From Myxococcota bacterium (GTDB taxonomy: Bacteria > Myxococcota_A > Polyangia > Polyangiales > Sandaracinaceae): a stretch of DNA of 41,427 nt. The stretch covers positions 1 through 41,427 of the forward strand of contig JAYZQJ010000147.1 in NCBI GenBank assembly GCA_036149055.1, read 5' to 3'. Positions 17,350-26,104 of this stretch are shown piece after piece. A model generated the notes under the pieces. The model saw nothing but the letters and a program-made list of their open reading frames with translations. It did not search any database and was not told the DNA's origin. Position numbers and translations under genes: made by a program. Positions within the stretch are counted from its first letter, which is position 1, and each line of letters begins with the position of its first letter.

Positions 17350-18368
17350 CCCTCCTGATGGTGGGCCTGCTGGCCGCCTGTGGAGGGGAGGAGCATCCGT
17401 CCCCGCGGCCTCCGACCGTCACGGTCTCCAATCCGCCCGAGCGGGGAGGCGGCGCCCTCGCCCAGAGCGCGCGCGCGTCCTGGGACTGGGGCGCGATCCC
17501 CGACGACTGCGTGGTGGAGCTGCCGAACCCGCCCCGCGTCCGTCGCACCGTGCACGTGCGGCAGCCCCAGCGGCGCCTCGAAGAGGCGGGCACGCGCTAC
17601 CTCATCCACACCGACATCGACGGCCGGCTCGACGTGCTCGCCTCCGACGTCGAGCTGATCGTCGACGAGGGCGTGCGCATCGAGGAGCTGCTCATCCACC
17701 ACGACCTCGAGCGGGTGCGGGTGGCCGGCGGCATCTTCGGCGCGATCGAGATCATGATCCCCGGTCGCTTCGCGCCGCCCCCGGTCACCTGGAACGAGGA
17801 CTGGCTGGTGGAGGACGTCACCATCGACGGCGTCACCGTCGAGTCCGACGACACCGCCTTCGCGATCCGCGGCCGGCGCGTCGCCATCCTCAACAGCCGC
17901 GCCACCGCGCGCAACTACTCCATCTGGCTCGGGGACACGCACACGTTCCAGAGCCACGACCTGCTGGTCGCCGGCAACCGGTTCCGGAGCGCCGGGCCCG
18001 AGTCGACGGTGCGTCTGGTCGCGATCGACGGCGCCATCGTGGTCGACAACGAGCTGGCCAACACCCGCAAGCACGCCTTCCGGATCCACGGCCGGAGCGA
18101 CAACGTCTACTTCGCGCGCAACCGGCTGGTGGACACCGGGGTGATGATCGGCTCGATGGACGGCGACCAGGTCGGCAGCGTCTGGCTCGTCGACAACACC
18201 GTGCACCTCACGGTCCCGAGCCTGCTCGTGGCCCCGCCCGAGCGCATCCGCCGCCTCACCGCGCGGGGCAACCGGGTGTTCTCGGACGAGTGGGACTGCT
18301 TCGTGTGCGCGCGCGGCGACGGCTGGGAGATCGGGGACAACCCGATCCAGTCCTATCGCGCGCCCTGA
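17313..18368 (+). CDS. Lipoprotein with a probable right-handed parallel beta-helix (pectin-lyase-like) domain, paralog 1
   Basis: Lipobox LAAC. Repeating beta-helix-like segments (DVTIDGVTVE, RVAILNSR, DLLVAGNRF, NVYFARNRL, VWLVDNTV). Clearly similar to 18903-19931. The start codon is uncertain (17313 or 17358). Confidence 0.65.
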   Translation: METSARAYRDLLTLLMVGLLAACGGEEHPSPRPPTVTVSNPPERGGGALAQSARASWDWGAIPDDCVVELPNPPRVRRTVHVRQPQRRLEEAGTRYLIHTDIDGRLDVLASDVELIVDEGVRIEELLIHHDLERVRVAGGIFGAIEIMIPGRFAPPPVTWNEDWLVEDVTIDGVTVESDDTAFAIRGRRVAILNSRATARNYSIWLGDTHTFQSHDLLVAGNRFRSAGPESTVRLVAIDGAIVVDNELANTRKHAFRIHGRSDNVYFARNRLVDTGVMIGSMDGDQVGSVWLVDNTVHLTVPSLLVAPPERIRRLTARGNRVFSDEWDCFVCARGDGWEIGDNPIQSYRAP

Positions 18369-18371
18369 GCG

Positions 18372-18815
18372 TCACTCACACGCGCGCTCGGTCATCCACA
18401 TGCACCAGTCCACGCCGCGGCCGGGCTCGTGCACGCACGCCATGCCCGCCGGGCAGACGAGGCCGGGCCCGCACTCGATCACGCAGGTGCCGCCGATGCA
18501 CTCGGTGTAGGCCGTGCCGGTCTCCGGGACCGGGCAGTCCAGCACCGTCTCGCAGCCGTGGCGGCACTGACAGGCCTCCTGGCAGCCGTCCTCCGACGTC
18601 CAGCCGTAGTTGCCCCGGTTGCCGTCGGCGTCCATCGCCGGGCACATCGAGTAGCGGCCGATCATGCACACGGGGTAGGGCGGCCCCGGCTCGACCAGGG
18701 GCTCCTCCGCCGCGCCGGCGTCGGACAGCGCCGCGTCCTCGGTCGCGTCGAGCCCGGGCTCCACGCAGCCGCTCAGGAGAGCCAGGCACGCCATCATCGT
18801 CACGGTTCGGGCCAT
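18372..18815 (-). CDS. Small Cys-rich lipoprotein
   Basis: Signal peptide MARTVTMMACLALLSGC, an acidic linker and a domain with more than 12 Cys. Confidence 0.7.
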   Translation of the reverse strand: MARTVTMMACLALLSGCVEPGLDATEDAALSDAGAAEEPLVEPGPPYPVCMIGRYSMCPAMDADGNRGNYGWTSEDGCQEACQCRHGCETVLDCPVPETGTAYTECIGGTCVIECGPGLVCPAGMACVHEPGRGVDWCMWMTERACE

Positions 18816-18902
18816 CACCCGGGGGGTACGGACGATCGCGGCCAGCCTTGAGCGCCCATCGCATTGACGCGGCGCGCGGGTCCTTCTCACAATGCGTCCA
18901 CG

Positions 18903-19931
18903 ATGCGCATCGCGATCGCCGCACTGCTCCTCGCCGGCTGCGTCGGCACCGTCTCCGGAGACGGAACCGACGGAGGCGGGGCCCACGACGGGCGCCTCCC
19001 GCCGCCGCCTCCGCCGCCGCCCGGCGACGCCCTGTACGATCTCGGCGCGCTCCCCGGGGAGCTCGAGATCCAGTGGCCCGCGCTGCCTGAGACCTCGCGG
19101 GAGGTCACCGTGCGCACCGCCGCCGAGCTGACCGAGGCCGCGAGCCAGCCGGGCACCCGCATCCGGGTCGAGGGCAGCTTCTCCGAGCGCGCCTACGTGC
19201 GCGCGTCGAACATCGACATCGAGGTGGCCGAGGGCATGCGGCTCGGGAGCCTGATGATCGAGCGGGCGAACGGCCGAGTGCGGGTGCGCGGTGGGCAGTG
19301 GACCGAGATCGAGCTCCAGGTGCCGGCGCAGTTCCACCCCAGCGAGGAGTGGCGACCGGAGTGGCTGGTCCACGACGTGGTGATCGACGGCGTGAGCGTC
19401 GACGCGCCCGACAGCGCCTTCCTGATCCGCGGCCGGCGCGTGGCCATCCTCAACAGCTACGCGCACGCGGTGCGCTACTCGATGTGGTGCGGCGAGACCG
19501 ACGACTTCCAGTCGGAGGACATCATCGTCGCCAACGTGATCTTCGAGAGCGACGGCCCGGAGTCGACGCTGCGGCTCGTGCAGGTGCTGCGCTCGGTCAC
19601 CGTCGACTCGCGGCTGAGCAACGGCAACAAGCACAACTACCGGGTGCACGGCCGCAGCGATCTCAACTTCGCCGCGCGCAACACCCTGGTCACCACCGGG
19701 GTGATGCTCGGCACCTTGCCCGGGGACGCGCTCGAGCGGGTCTGGTTCAACGACAACGTGCTGCACCACACGAGCCCCTCGCTCCTGGTGCCCGACCCCG
19801 ACATCGGCCGGTTCGAGAGCCTGGACAACACCATCTACAGCGACGTGGTCGGCTGCTGGCTCTGCGGCACCCCGCCCTCGAGCTGGCGCGCCGAGAACAA
19901 CCAGATCCTCCCCTACCAGCCGCCTCCCTGA
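18903..19931 (+). CDS. Lipoprotein with a probable right-handed parallel beta-helix domain, paralog 2
   Basis: Signal peptide MRIAIAALLLAGC and a poly-Pro linker. Shares IRGRRVAILNS, FQS.D, GPEST.RLV, HGRSD, TGVM.G, PSLLV and a C-terminal CxxC with paralog 1. Confidence 0.7.
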   Translation: MRIAIAALLLAGCVGTVSGDGTDGGGAHDGRLPPPPPPPPGDALYDLGALPGELEIQWPALPETSREVTVRTAAELTEAASQPGTRIRVEGSFSERAYVRASNIDIEVAEGMRLGSLMIERANGRVRVRGGQWTEIELQVPAQFHPSEEWRPEWLVHDVVIDGVSVDAPDSAFLIRGRRVAILNSYAHAVRYSMWCGETDDFQSEDIIVANVIFESDGPESTLRLVQVLRSVTVDSRLSNGNKHNYRVHGRSDLNFAARNTLVTTGVMLGTLPGDALERVWFNDNVLHHTSPSLLVPDPDIGRFESLDNTIYSDVVGCWLCGTPPSSWRAENNQILPYQPPP

Positions 19932-19962
19932 CCGATGCTACCGTCCGACCGTGGAGGTCGGG

Positions 19963-21399
19963 ATGCGTGGAGCGTGCTGGGTGATGGTCGCCTTGATCGG
20001 CGTCGGGTGCGACGGGGGAGGCGAGCCGGACGCGGGGGCCCGTCTCGACGCGAGCGTGGAGGCCGACGCCGGCCTCGCGATCGAGTGCGAGGTGCCCGCG
20101 CCGGTGGTGGCCGGGACGGCGGAGACCGACGCGCTCGCCGACGCGCCCGCGCGCTGCGGGCAGCCGGCCCACGCCTGGCTGCGCAGCGACACCCTCGGCG
20201 CGGTCGTCGACGCGGGGGAGCCGGAGCGCATGTCGCGGCTCGTGCTCGACGGGATCATCGCGGGCGCCGGCCTCACCGCGCCGCGCCCCGCCGGGGCCGA
20301 CGTGACGCTGCGGGTCGTCCGCTACCTCACCCAGGACCGCGGGGCGGAGGTCGAGGCGACCACCCTCGTCGCCTACCCGGACGTCGAGGAGCGCGGGCAG
20401 ACCCTCGACGTGGTGGTCTTCCTGCACGGGACCAGCGGCTTCACCGCCGGCTGCGGCTCGAGCGAGGACACCGCCTACCGCGCGCTGGTCGCGCTCTTCG
20501 CCTCCTACGGCTACCTCGCCATCGCGCCGGACTACCTGGGCCTCGAGGCCGGCGAGGCGAGCTACGGCGAGCTGCACCCCTACCTCTCCGGGCAGGCCAC
20601 CGCGATCGCCTCGCTCGACGCGGTGCGGGCCGCGGCCCGGCTGCCGGTGGAGGCGCGGGGCTGGACCTGCGCCGCGCCCCGCTTCGTGACCGTCGGCGGA
20701 TCCCAGGGCGGGCACGCGGCGCTCTGGGTCGAGCGGCTGCAGCCGTACTACGCGCGGGAGCTCGAGCTCGTGGGCACCGTCGCGACGGTCCCGCCCGCCG
20801 ACCTGATGGGGCAGATCCAGCGCGGCCTGACCGAGGTGGTCTCCGCGACCGGCAACACCATCGCGTTCTACGGCACCGCGCCCTTCTGGTACGGCGTCGG
20901 CGATCGGCTCGACGAGGTCTTCGTCTCGCCCTTCGACGTCGACGTGCCCGCGGCGCTGCGAGCGGAGTGCTCGCCTAGCGAGATCCCGGACGTCACCCGG
21001 CTCGACGAGGTGTTCACCGCGGAGCTGCTCGACGCCGCGGCCGGGGACGCCTTCGGGGCGCTCGACCCGTGGGGCTGCATCGTGCGCGAGAACGGGCTCA
21101 CGACGACCTCGGTCCCGCGCCTCGGCCCCGACGCGTCGAGCTACGGGGTCCTGATGGTCACCGGCGAGGCGGACGCGCTGGTGCACACCCCGATCGAGCG
21201 CGCGGCCTTCGAGACCCTGTGCGAGGCCGGCGTCCCCCTCCGCTACCTCGAGTGCGAGGGCGCCGACCACGGCGAGGGCACGCTCTGGGCGCTGCCGGAG
21301 ATCGTCTCCTTCGCCGAGGCGCGGCTCGCGGGCGAGGCCTTCGAGCCGCCCGCCGACTGCGCTCCCCCGCCCCCGTCTCGGTGCGAGGGGACCCCGTAG
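19963..21399 (+). CDS. Secretory lipase-family alpha/beta hydrolase, lipoprotein
   Basis: Lipobox GVGC, LHGTSG, APDYLGL, HPYL, nucleophile elbow GGSQGG, GEADALV (Asp) and GADH (His). GGAGG SD. Confidence 0.85.
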   Translation: MRGACWVMVALIGVGCDGGGEPDAGARLDASVEADAGLAIECEVPAPVVAGTAETDALADAPARCGQPAHAWLRSDTLGAVVDAGEPERMSRLVLDGIIAGAGLTAPRPAGADVTLRVVRYLTQDRGAEVEATTLVAYPDVEERGQTLDVVVFLHGTSGFTAGCGSSEDTAYRALVALFASYGYLAIAPDYLGLEAGEASYGELHPYLSGQATAIASLDAVRAAARLPVEARGWTCAAPRFVTVGGSQGGHAALWVERLQPYYARELELVGTVATVPPADLMGQIQRGLTEVVSATGNTIAFYGTAPFWYGVGDRLDEVFVSPFDVDVPAALRAECSPSEIPDVTRLDEVFTAELLDAAAGDAFGALDPWGCIVRENGLTTTSVPRLGPDASSYGVLMVTGEADALVHTPIERAAFETLCEAGVPLRYLECEGADHGEGTLWALPEIVSFAEARLAGEAFEPPADCAPPPPSRCEGTP

Positions 21400-21405
21400 A
21401 CCGCG

Positions 21406-22770
21406 TCAGAGCGAGCGCAGGTAGGCGGCGAGGGCGGTCCGCTCCTCTTCGGTGATCGTCGTGCCGAAGGTGTGGCCGCCGTTGTCGTTGCCGGGGGCGG
21501 CGGTGTCGACCTCGAAGCCGTGGCGCTCGAAGGTGACCGGGCGCTCGGCGGGGGGCCGGAGCAGGTCTTCGAGGGTGGGCACGCTCCCGTTGTGGAGGAA
21601 GGGCGCCGTGAACCACACCATGCGCAGGTCGGCGGCGCGGTAGCCGTCCGAGAGGCGCGTGCGGAGGCCGTTTCGGGTGATGAACCGGAAGAGGTCGGCG
21701 AGGCCCTCGTCGGGGCCGCCGCCGCCCATCTCGTCGCCGTCGATCAAGACGCGGTGAAGCCGGCTGGTGCGGATCGAGCCGTTCGGGAAGTCCGGGTGCT
21801 CGCCCGGCCGGCGCTCGGCGCCCACCGGATCGGCGTCGTAGGTCACCACCCCGAGCGCGCTCGGGTCGTCCACGTGGTGGCAGCCGTCGCAGCCCTCGCG
21901 CTCGTAGACGGCGCGGCCCGCGCTCACGCTCGCCGCGTCCTGCGGGGGCGCCGCCGGAGGCTCGAGCGCCGACATGAAGGCGATCATCGGATCGAGGCGG
22001 GCGGCGCTCGGCCACGGCACCTCCGCGTCCCGCGGGTTCGGGTTGCCGGCGCCGGCGCTGTAGACGGAGAGGTAGATCTCGGTGCGCGCGTCTCCGCCGG
22101 TCCCCAGATAGTTCAGCGACGTGCGCTGGCCGAGGCTGAAGTAGGTGGGGTAGTCGGCCGGCACCGCCTGCTCGTAGCTGCTCGACTCCGCGCCCACGCG
22201 CCCCGGCCCGAGCTCGGCCAGCTTCGCGCGGTCGAGCGCGCTCAGGAACGGCGCGTTCCCGTCCGCGGTCCAGCGGTCGTCGGCGAAGAGCAGGAAGGCC
22301 GGCCAGCGCAGCCCCACGTTGGGCGCGCCGAACCACAGCCGCCCATCCGGAAGCTCGGCCACGTGGCAGAGCGCGCAGGTGACGGACACCTGGGTCGGAT
22401 CCTCGAGGCCGCGCTTGAAGCCGACCGGGAAGTCGTCGGCCGGGTCGTCCAGGAAGCCGTAGGCGTCGAAGAGCGCCGGGTCCTCGGCGAGCAGGCCCTC
22501 GAAGAACGCGGCCGGCGGGAGCCCGCTCACCCGCTCGGTGCCGAACGCGTCCCAGAGGAAGCGCTGCTGCCCCTCGTAGAGAGGGTCGGACGGCGGCACC
22601 CCGTTGGCGACCTCGGGGCCAGAGAGGCCCTGCACGTCGGGCGGCGGGGGCCCGGCGTCGGGCGCGGAGTCTCCCGCGTCCGGCCGGCCCGCGTCGCCCG
22701 CGGGGACGGGGCCGTCACACGCGAACGCCGACAGGAGCAGGAGCGAGAGGACGGGCAGGCGTCGGCGCAT
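21406..22770 (-). CDS. Di-heme cytochrome c lipoprotein (RoxA-like / bCcP-MauG superfamily)
   Basis: Lipobox AFAC and heme motifs CALCH and CDGCH. C-terminal YRAADLRMVWFTAPFLHNGSVPTL...GNDNGGHTFG...ALAAYLRSL. TGATG-coupled to the upstream gene. Confidence 0.82.
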   Translation of the reverse strand: MRRRLPVLSLLLLSAFACDGPVPAGDAGRPDAGDSAPDAGPPPPDVQGLSGPEVANGVPPSDPLYEGQQRFLWDAFGTERVSGLPPAAFFEGLLAEDPALFDAYGFLDDPADDFPVGFKRGLEDPTQVSVTCALCHVAELPDGRLWFGAPNVGLRWPAFLLFADDRWTADGNAPFLSALDRAKLAELGPGRVGAESSSYEQAVPADYPTYFSLGQRTSLNYLGTGGDARTEIYLSVYSAGAGNPNPRDAEVPWPSAARLDPMIAFMSALEPPAAPPQDAASVSAGRAVYEREGCDGCHHVDDPSALGVVTYDADPVGAERRPGEHPDFPNGSIRTSRLHRVLIDGDEMGGGGPDEGLADLFRFITRNGLRTRLSDGYRAADLRMVWFTAPFLHNGSVPTLEDLLRPPAERPVTFERHGFEVDTAAPGNDNGGHTFGTTITEEERTALAAYLRSL

Positions 22771-24464
22771 CAGAGCGTCTCCAGGTAGCGGACGAGGGCG
22801 TCGAGCGCGGCCTCGTCGAGGTGGTGGGCGCGGCCGTGGAGGGTGCCGTGGTCGGTGAGCACGCTCCGCAGCGTCGGGGCCCGGCCGTCGTGCAGGTAGG
22901 GCGGGCGGGCGCGCACCCCGCGCAGGCTCGGGGTCTGGGCGGCCTCGAGCCGGGCGAGCGGATCGTCGCTCGGCGCGAGCACCGCGTGGGATCGCGCGTC
23001 GGACAGGAGCGGCCCCCCGTGGCAGCCGTCGCAGCCGGCCGCCTCGAACACCGCGCGCCCCTCCGCGCCGTCGTGGGGAGCGCCCGGCGGGATCGGGGCC
23101 TCCTGCATCCAGGCGGCCATCGCGTCGGTGTCGACCAGGAGGCCGTCGCCCTCCATCAGCTCGCGAATCGTGGCGTGGCTGAGGGTCGCGGCGTCCGGCA
23201 GCTCCCCGTCCCAGTGCAGCGGGCCGAGCCCCTCGCGCGCCGCCCAGGCCGGGGGCGTGCGGCGCACCTTGGGGGCGATGCCCGCGGTGTGCAGGAACCA
23301 GGTGAGCCCGTCCTCGCCGCCGCCCGGGTGGCAGGTCCCGCAGGTCACCACGCCGCTCGGCGTCAGGTGGGTGTCGTCCGCGTCGAAGAAGATCGCGCGG
23401 CCGCGCAGCGCCGCGTCGCTCAGCCGCGCCTCGCCGAGGGCCCGGGTGCGCTCGAGGTCCGCCCCCCGCACCGCGCCCTGCGCGCCCGAAAGCGAGAGCC
23501 GGGCGACCGCGTGGTCGAAGCCGACGTCCACCCAGGCGGTGCGGCCGTCCTCGCTCAGCGCGATCCCGCGCGGCCCGCGCCCGAGCTCGAAGGTGGCCAG
23601 CCAGGGGAGCGCCGCGCCGGGCTCGCAGCGCAGCACCGCCACGTTCCCGGTCTGACGGTGCGCGACCCAGACGAGGTCGCCGGCGGCCGCGATCGCGCTC
23701 GGCCCGCTGAAGACCCGGGCGCCGCCGTCGAAGCGGGCGTAGGCGCCGGCGCAGGCGCCGTGGAGCCGGGGCTCGATGCGGGGCGCGCCGTCGAAGACCG
23801 AGCCGTAGCCGCCGCGCTCGGGCGGCCGTTCGCGATCGCTGTCGTGGTCCACGCGCTGGTAGACCCCGGTGAAGTCGCCCCGGACCGGGGCGAGCGCCTC
23901 GAGCTGCACCGCGGCGACGCCGGCGCCCGGCGAGAGCGCGCGCTCCTCGAGGAGGCGCCCCTCGAGGTCGACGATCCGCACCCGGCCGGTGCGCGACAGC
24001 CCGATGGCGAGCCGGTCTCCTCGAATGGCCAGCGCGGTCGGCCGGCCCTCCGCCGGGAAGACGTCGACCACGCGGCTCCGCGAGACCCGCAGCACGCGCT
24101 CGTCCCAGGGGCAGCTCACGAACGCGCCGCCCCGCCCGTCGGGGACCACCGCCGCGCTGCCGCCGCAGGGCACCGGCACCCGGACCGCGGCGCCCGCCTC
24201 GATCCAGGCGAGCTCGCTGGCCTGCGCGAGGGTCACCAGCAGCGCGTCGCCCACCACGGCGAGCTGCTCGGGCGCGCCCGCCACCTCGACCCGGGCCCGC
24301 TCCTCGAGCGACTCCGGGTCGAGCGCGATCACCGCGTCGTCGTCGGGCGAGGTCAGCCACAGCAGCCCGTCCGGCCCGCGCGCCACCGTGGACGAGGCGG
24401 CCGAGAAGCCGCCCACGTCGGCGCAGCCGAGCAGCACGAGGGCGAGGCCGAAGGCGCGCGTCAC
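22770..24464 (-). CDS. Lipoprotein: YVTN/NHL-like beta-propeller fused to a di-heme cytochrome c peroxidase-like domain
   Basis: GTG start overlapping the upstream stop, lipobox LLGC and propeller blades (GAPEQLAV, GRPTALAI, SGPSAIA, GRGPRGIALSEDG). Heme motifs CGTCH and CDGCH, plus RRTPP, LHWDG and TPSLRGV..PPYLHDG. Confidence 0.82.
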   Translation of the reverse strand: MTRAFGLALVLLGCADVGGFSAASSTVARGPDGLLWLTSPDDDAVIALDPESLEERARVEVAGAPEQLAVVGDALLVTLAQASELAWIEAGAAVRVPVPCGGSAAVVPDGRGGAFVSCPWDERVLRVSRSRVVDVFPAEGRPTALAIRGDRLAIGLSRTGRVRIVDLEGRLLEERALSPGAGVAAVQLEALAPVRGDFTGVYQRVDHDSDRERPPERGGYGSVFDGAPRIEPRLHGACAGAYARFDGGARVFSGPSAIAAAGDLVWVAHRQTGNVAVLRCEPGAALPWLATFELGRGPRGIALSEDGRTAWVDVGFDHAVARLSLSGAQGAVRGADLERTRALGEARLSDAALRGRAIFFDADDTHLTPSGVVTCGTCHPGGGEDGLTWFLHTAGIAPKVRRTPPAWAAREGLGPLHWDGELPDAATLSHATIRELMEGDGLLVDTDAMAAWMQEAPIPPGAPHDGAEGRAVFEAAGCDGCHGGPLLSDARSHAVLAPSDDPLARLEAAQTPSLRGVRARPPYLHDGRAPTLRSVLTDHGTLHGRAHHLDEAALDALVRYLETL

Positions 24465-26035
24465 ACGCCTTCGGGGAGCAGGAGCGCGAATTCCACGGTC
24501 GCCGGCTGCTCGGCGCACTGCAGGGTGTAGCCGCCGATCGGCAGGGTCACGGGGTCGCCCACGTCGGGGTCGCCGCTGGCCTCGCCGTTGCCGTCGATGT
24601 CCATGAAGCCGAGGATCTGGTAGTCGCCGGCCGGCAGCTCGACGTCGACCAGGTAGGACTCGGGCGAGACGCCGCCGGTCACGTCGACGTCGCCCCAGCG
24701 GAAGCTCGCGAGCGCCTCCGCGCCGTCCCGGGGGCCGCTGATGGTCACGTCCTCGGCGCGGTAGACGCTGCCCCGCACGGTGCCGCGCAGCGGGTCGGTG
24801 AGGTTGTCGCTCTCGCGGACCGTGCTCGACGCGTCGAACGAGAGCCGGAACCGGCCGGCCTCCGCGTCCACCGAGCCCAGGTCCTCGCAGGTCGTGTCGG
24901 GCGGGTCCGGGAACTCGTCCGGCACCGGGTCGCCCACGTAGGGCACGAACTCGACGTCGCGCAGCGCGTGCAGCGGCGAGTCCACCGCGTAGGCGATCCG
25001 GAAGCGCCCCGCCTCGCCGGTCGCGATCACGCGCACCACGCCCCCGCCCATCGGGTCGTCGTAGTGGAAGGGCACCGTGAACGGCCGCGACGAGCCCGCC
25101 GCCTCCCGCTCCTGCGCCCGCATGTTGTCGAGCATCCGGAAGACGTTCTGACGGAACTGCTCGCCGGCCACGTAGCTCGCCGGCGCCCGCGCGAAGGGCA
25201 CGCGGCGGCCGTCGAGCAGCACCACGTCGAAGGCGACGTCGACCATGCCGTCCTCGAGCAGCGGGGTGACGGTGATGCGCAGCCAGTCGTGGGGGAGCAG
25301 CTGGAAGTCGTCGAAGTTCTGGTCGCGGCCCGAGCTGATGCCGTACGCGCGCGCGCTGAAGAAGTCGAACTCGTCGCGGCTCAGCTCGAAGTTCACCGTG
25401 CCGCCGATCATCTCGTGCGGGGTCCCCTCGAACGCGGCCGTGTTCACGAGCCCGCTCCGCAGCGAGGTGCGCGGGTTCTCGGTCTGCACCGACAGCGTCG
25501 CCTCCCCGTCGCCCGCGTAGTCGGCGCGGATCATGAGGTAGCCGCCGTTGGCGCTGACGACGTGGTACTCGAGCCGCCACGGGTGCATGCCGTCCGGGAC
25601 GCCCGCCGTCTCGCGCTGGGTGGTGGCGAGCGCGACGCGCACCGTGTCGATGAAGAGGGCGCCGTAGTCGTACGAGACCGGCACCCGGAGCACGGTGCGG
25701 GCCTCGGTCCCGTCGGTCGGCTCCATCTCGAGCGTGACGACCGCCTGCTCGCGGGTGCGCGGATCCTCCGCCGCGCTGAGCAGCAGCCCATGGTCGAGCG
25801 CGTAGCGCCGGTGCCGCGTGCCCTCGCGCGCCTCGGCGCCGAAGAGCGGCCCGACCACCTCGAGGAAGTCGGCCTCGCCGGTGAGCGGGCGCGTGACCGT
25901 GAGGCCGACGAACTCGATGGGCTCGGAGCGCGGCCGGAGCAGGTCCTCTCCCGGGTCCCCGGTCCCCGGCGACGCCTCGTCGCAGCCCAGCCCCGCGACC
26001 AGCGCGAGCAGCGAGATCCCCAACCAGCGTGTCAT
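24461..26035 (-). CDS. Lipoprotein of unknown function with an internal two-fold repeat and a C-terminal DxDxNG motif
   Basis: Lipobox GLGC and a GAGGGG SD. First gene of a coupled three-gene operon. C-terminal YQILGFMDIDGNG. Confidence 0.75.
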   Translation of the reverse strand: MTRWLGISLLALVAGLGCDEASPGTGDPGEDLLRPRSEPIEFVGLTVTRPLTGEADFLEVVGPLFGAEAREGTRHRRYALDHGLLLSAAEDPRTREQAVVTLEMEPTDGTEARTVLRVPVSYDYGALFIDTVRVALATTQRETAGVPDGMHPWRLEYHVVSANGGYLMIRADYAGDGEATLSVQTENPRTSLRSGLVNTAAFEGTPHEMIGGTVNFELSRDEFDFFSARAYGISSGRDQNFDDFQLLPHDWLRITVTPLLEDGMVDVAFDVVLLDGRRVPFARAPASYVAGEQFRQNVFRMLDNMRAQEREAAGSSRPFTVPFHYDDPMGGGVVRVIATGEAGRFRIAYAVDSPLHALRDVEFVPYVGDPVPDEFPDPPDTTCEDLGSVDAEAGRFRLSFDASSTVRESDNLTDPLRGTVRGSVYRAEDVTISGPRDGAEALASFRWGDVDVTGGVSPESYLVDVELPAGDYQILGFMDIDGNGEASGDPDVGDPVTLPIGGYTLQCAEQPATVEFALLLPEGV

Positions 26036-26104
26036 GCGCACCCCCTCGAAAGCTCGGGGGACACGCTAGCGGCCCCAGCCGCGAGTGAACGCAGAGGCGC
26101 CGGC

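Noticed and set aside
21406..22770. Calling this gene rubber oxygenase roxA
   Set aside because: It shares the two CxxCH motifs and the HNGSVP motif but is much shorter than RoxA. Substrate specificity cannot be supported from the sequence.
17313..26035. Lipoprotein block as a mobile genomic island
   Set aside because: No integrase, transposase, tRNA target, flanking direct repeats or visible shift in base composition.
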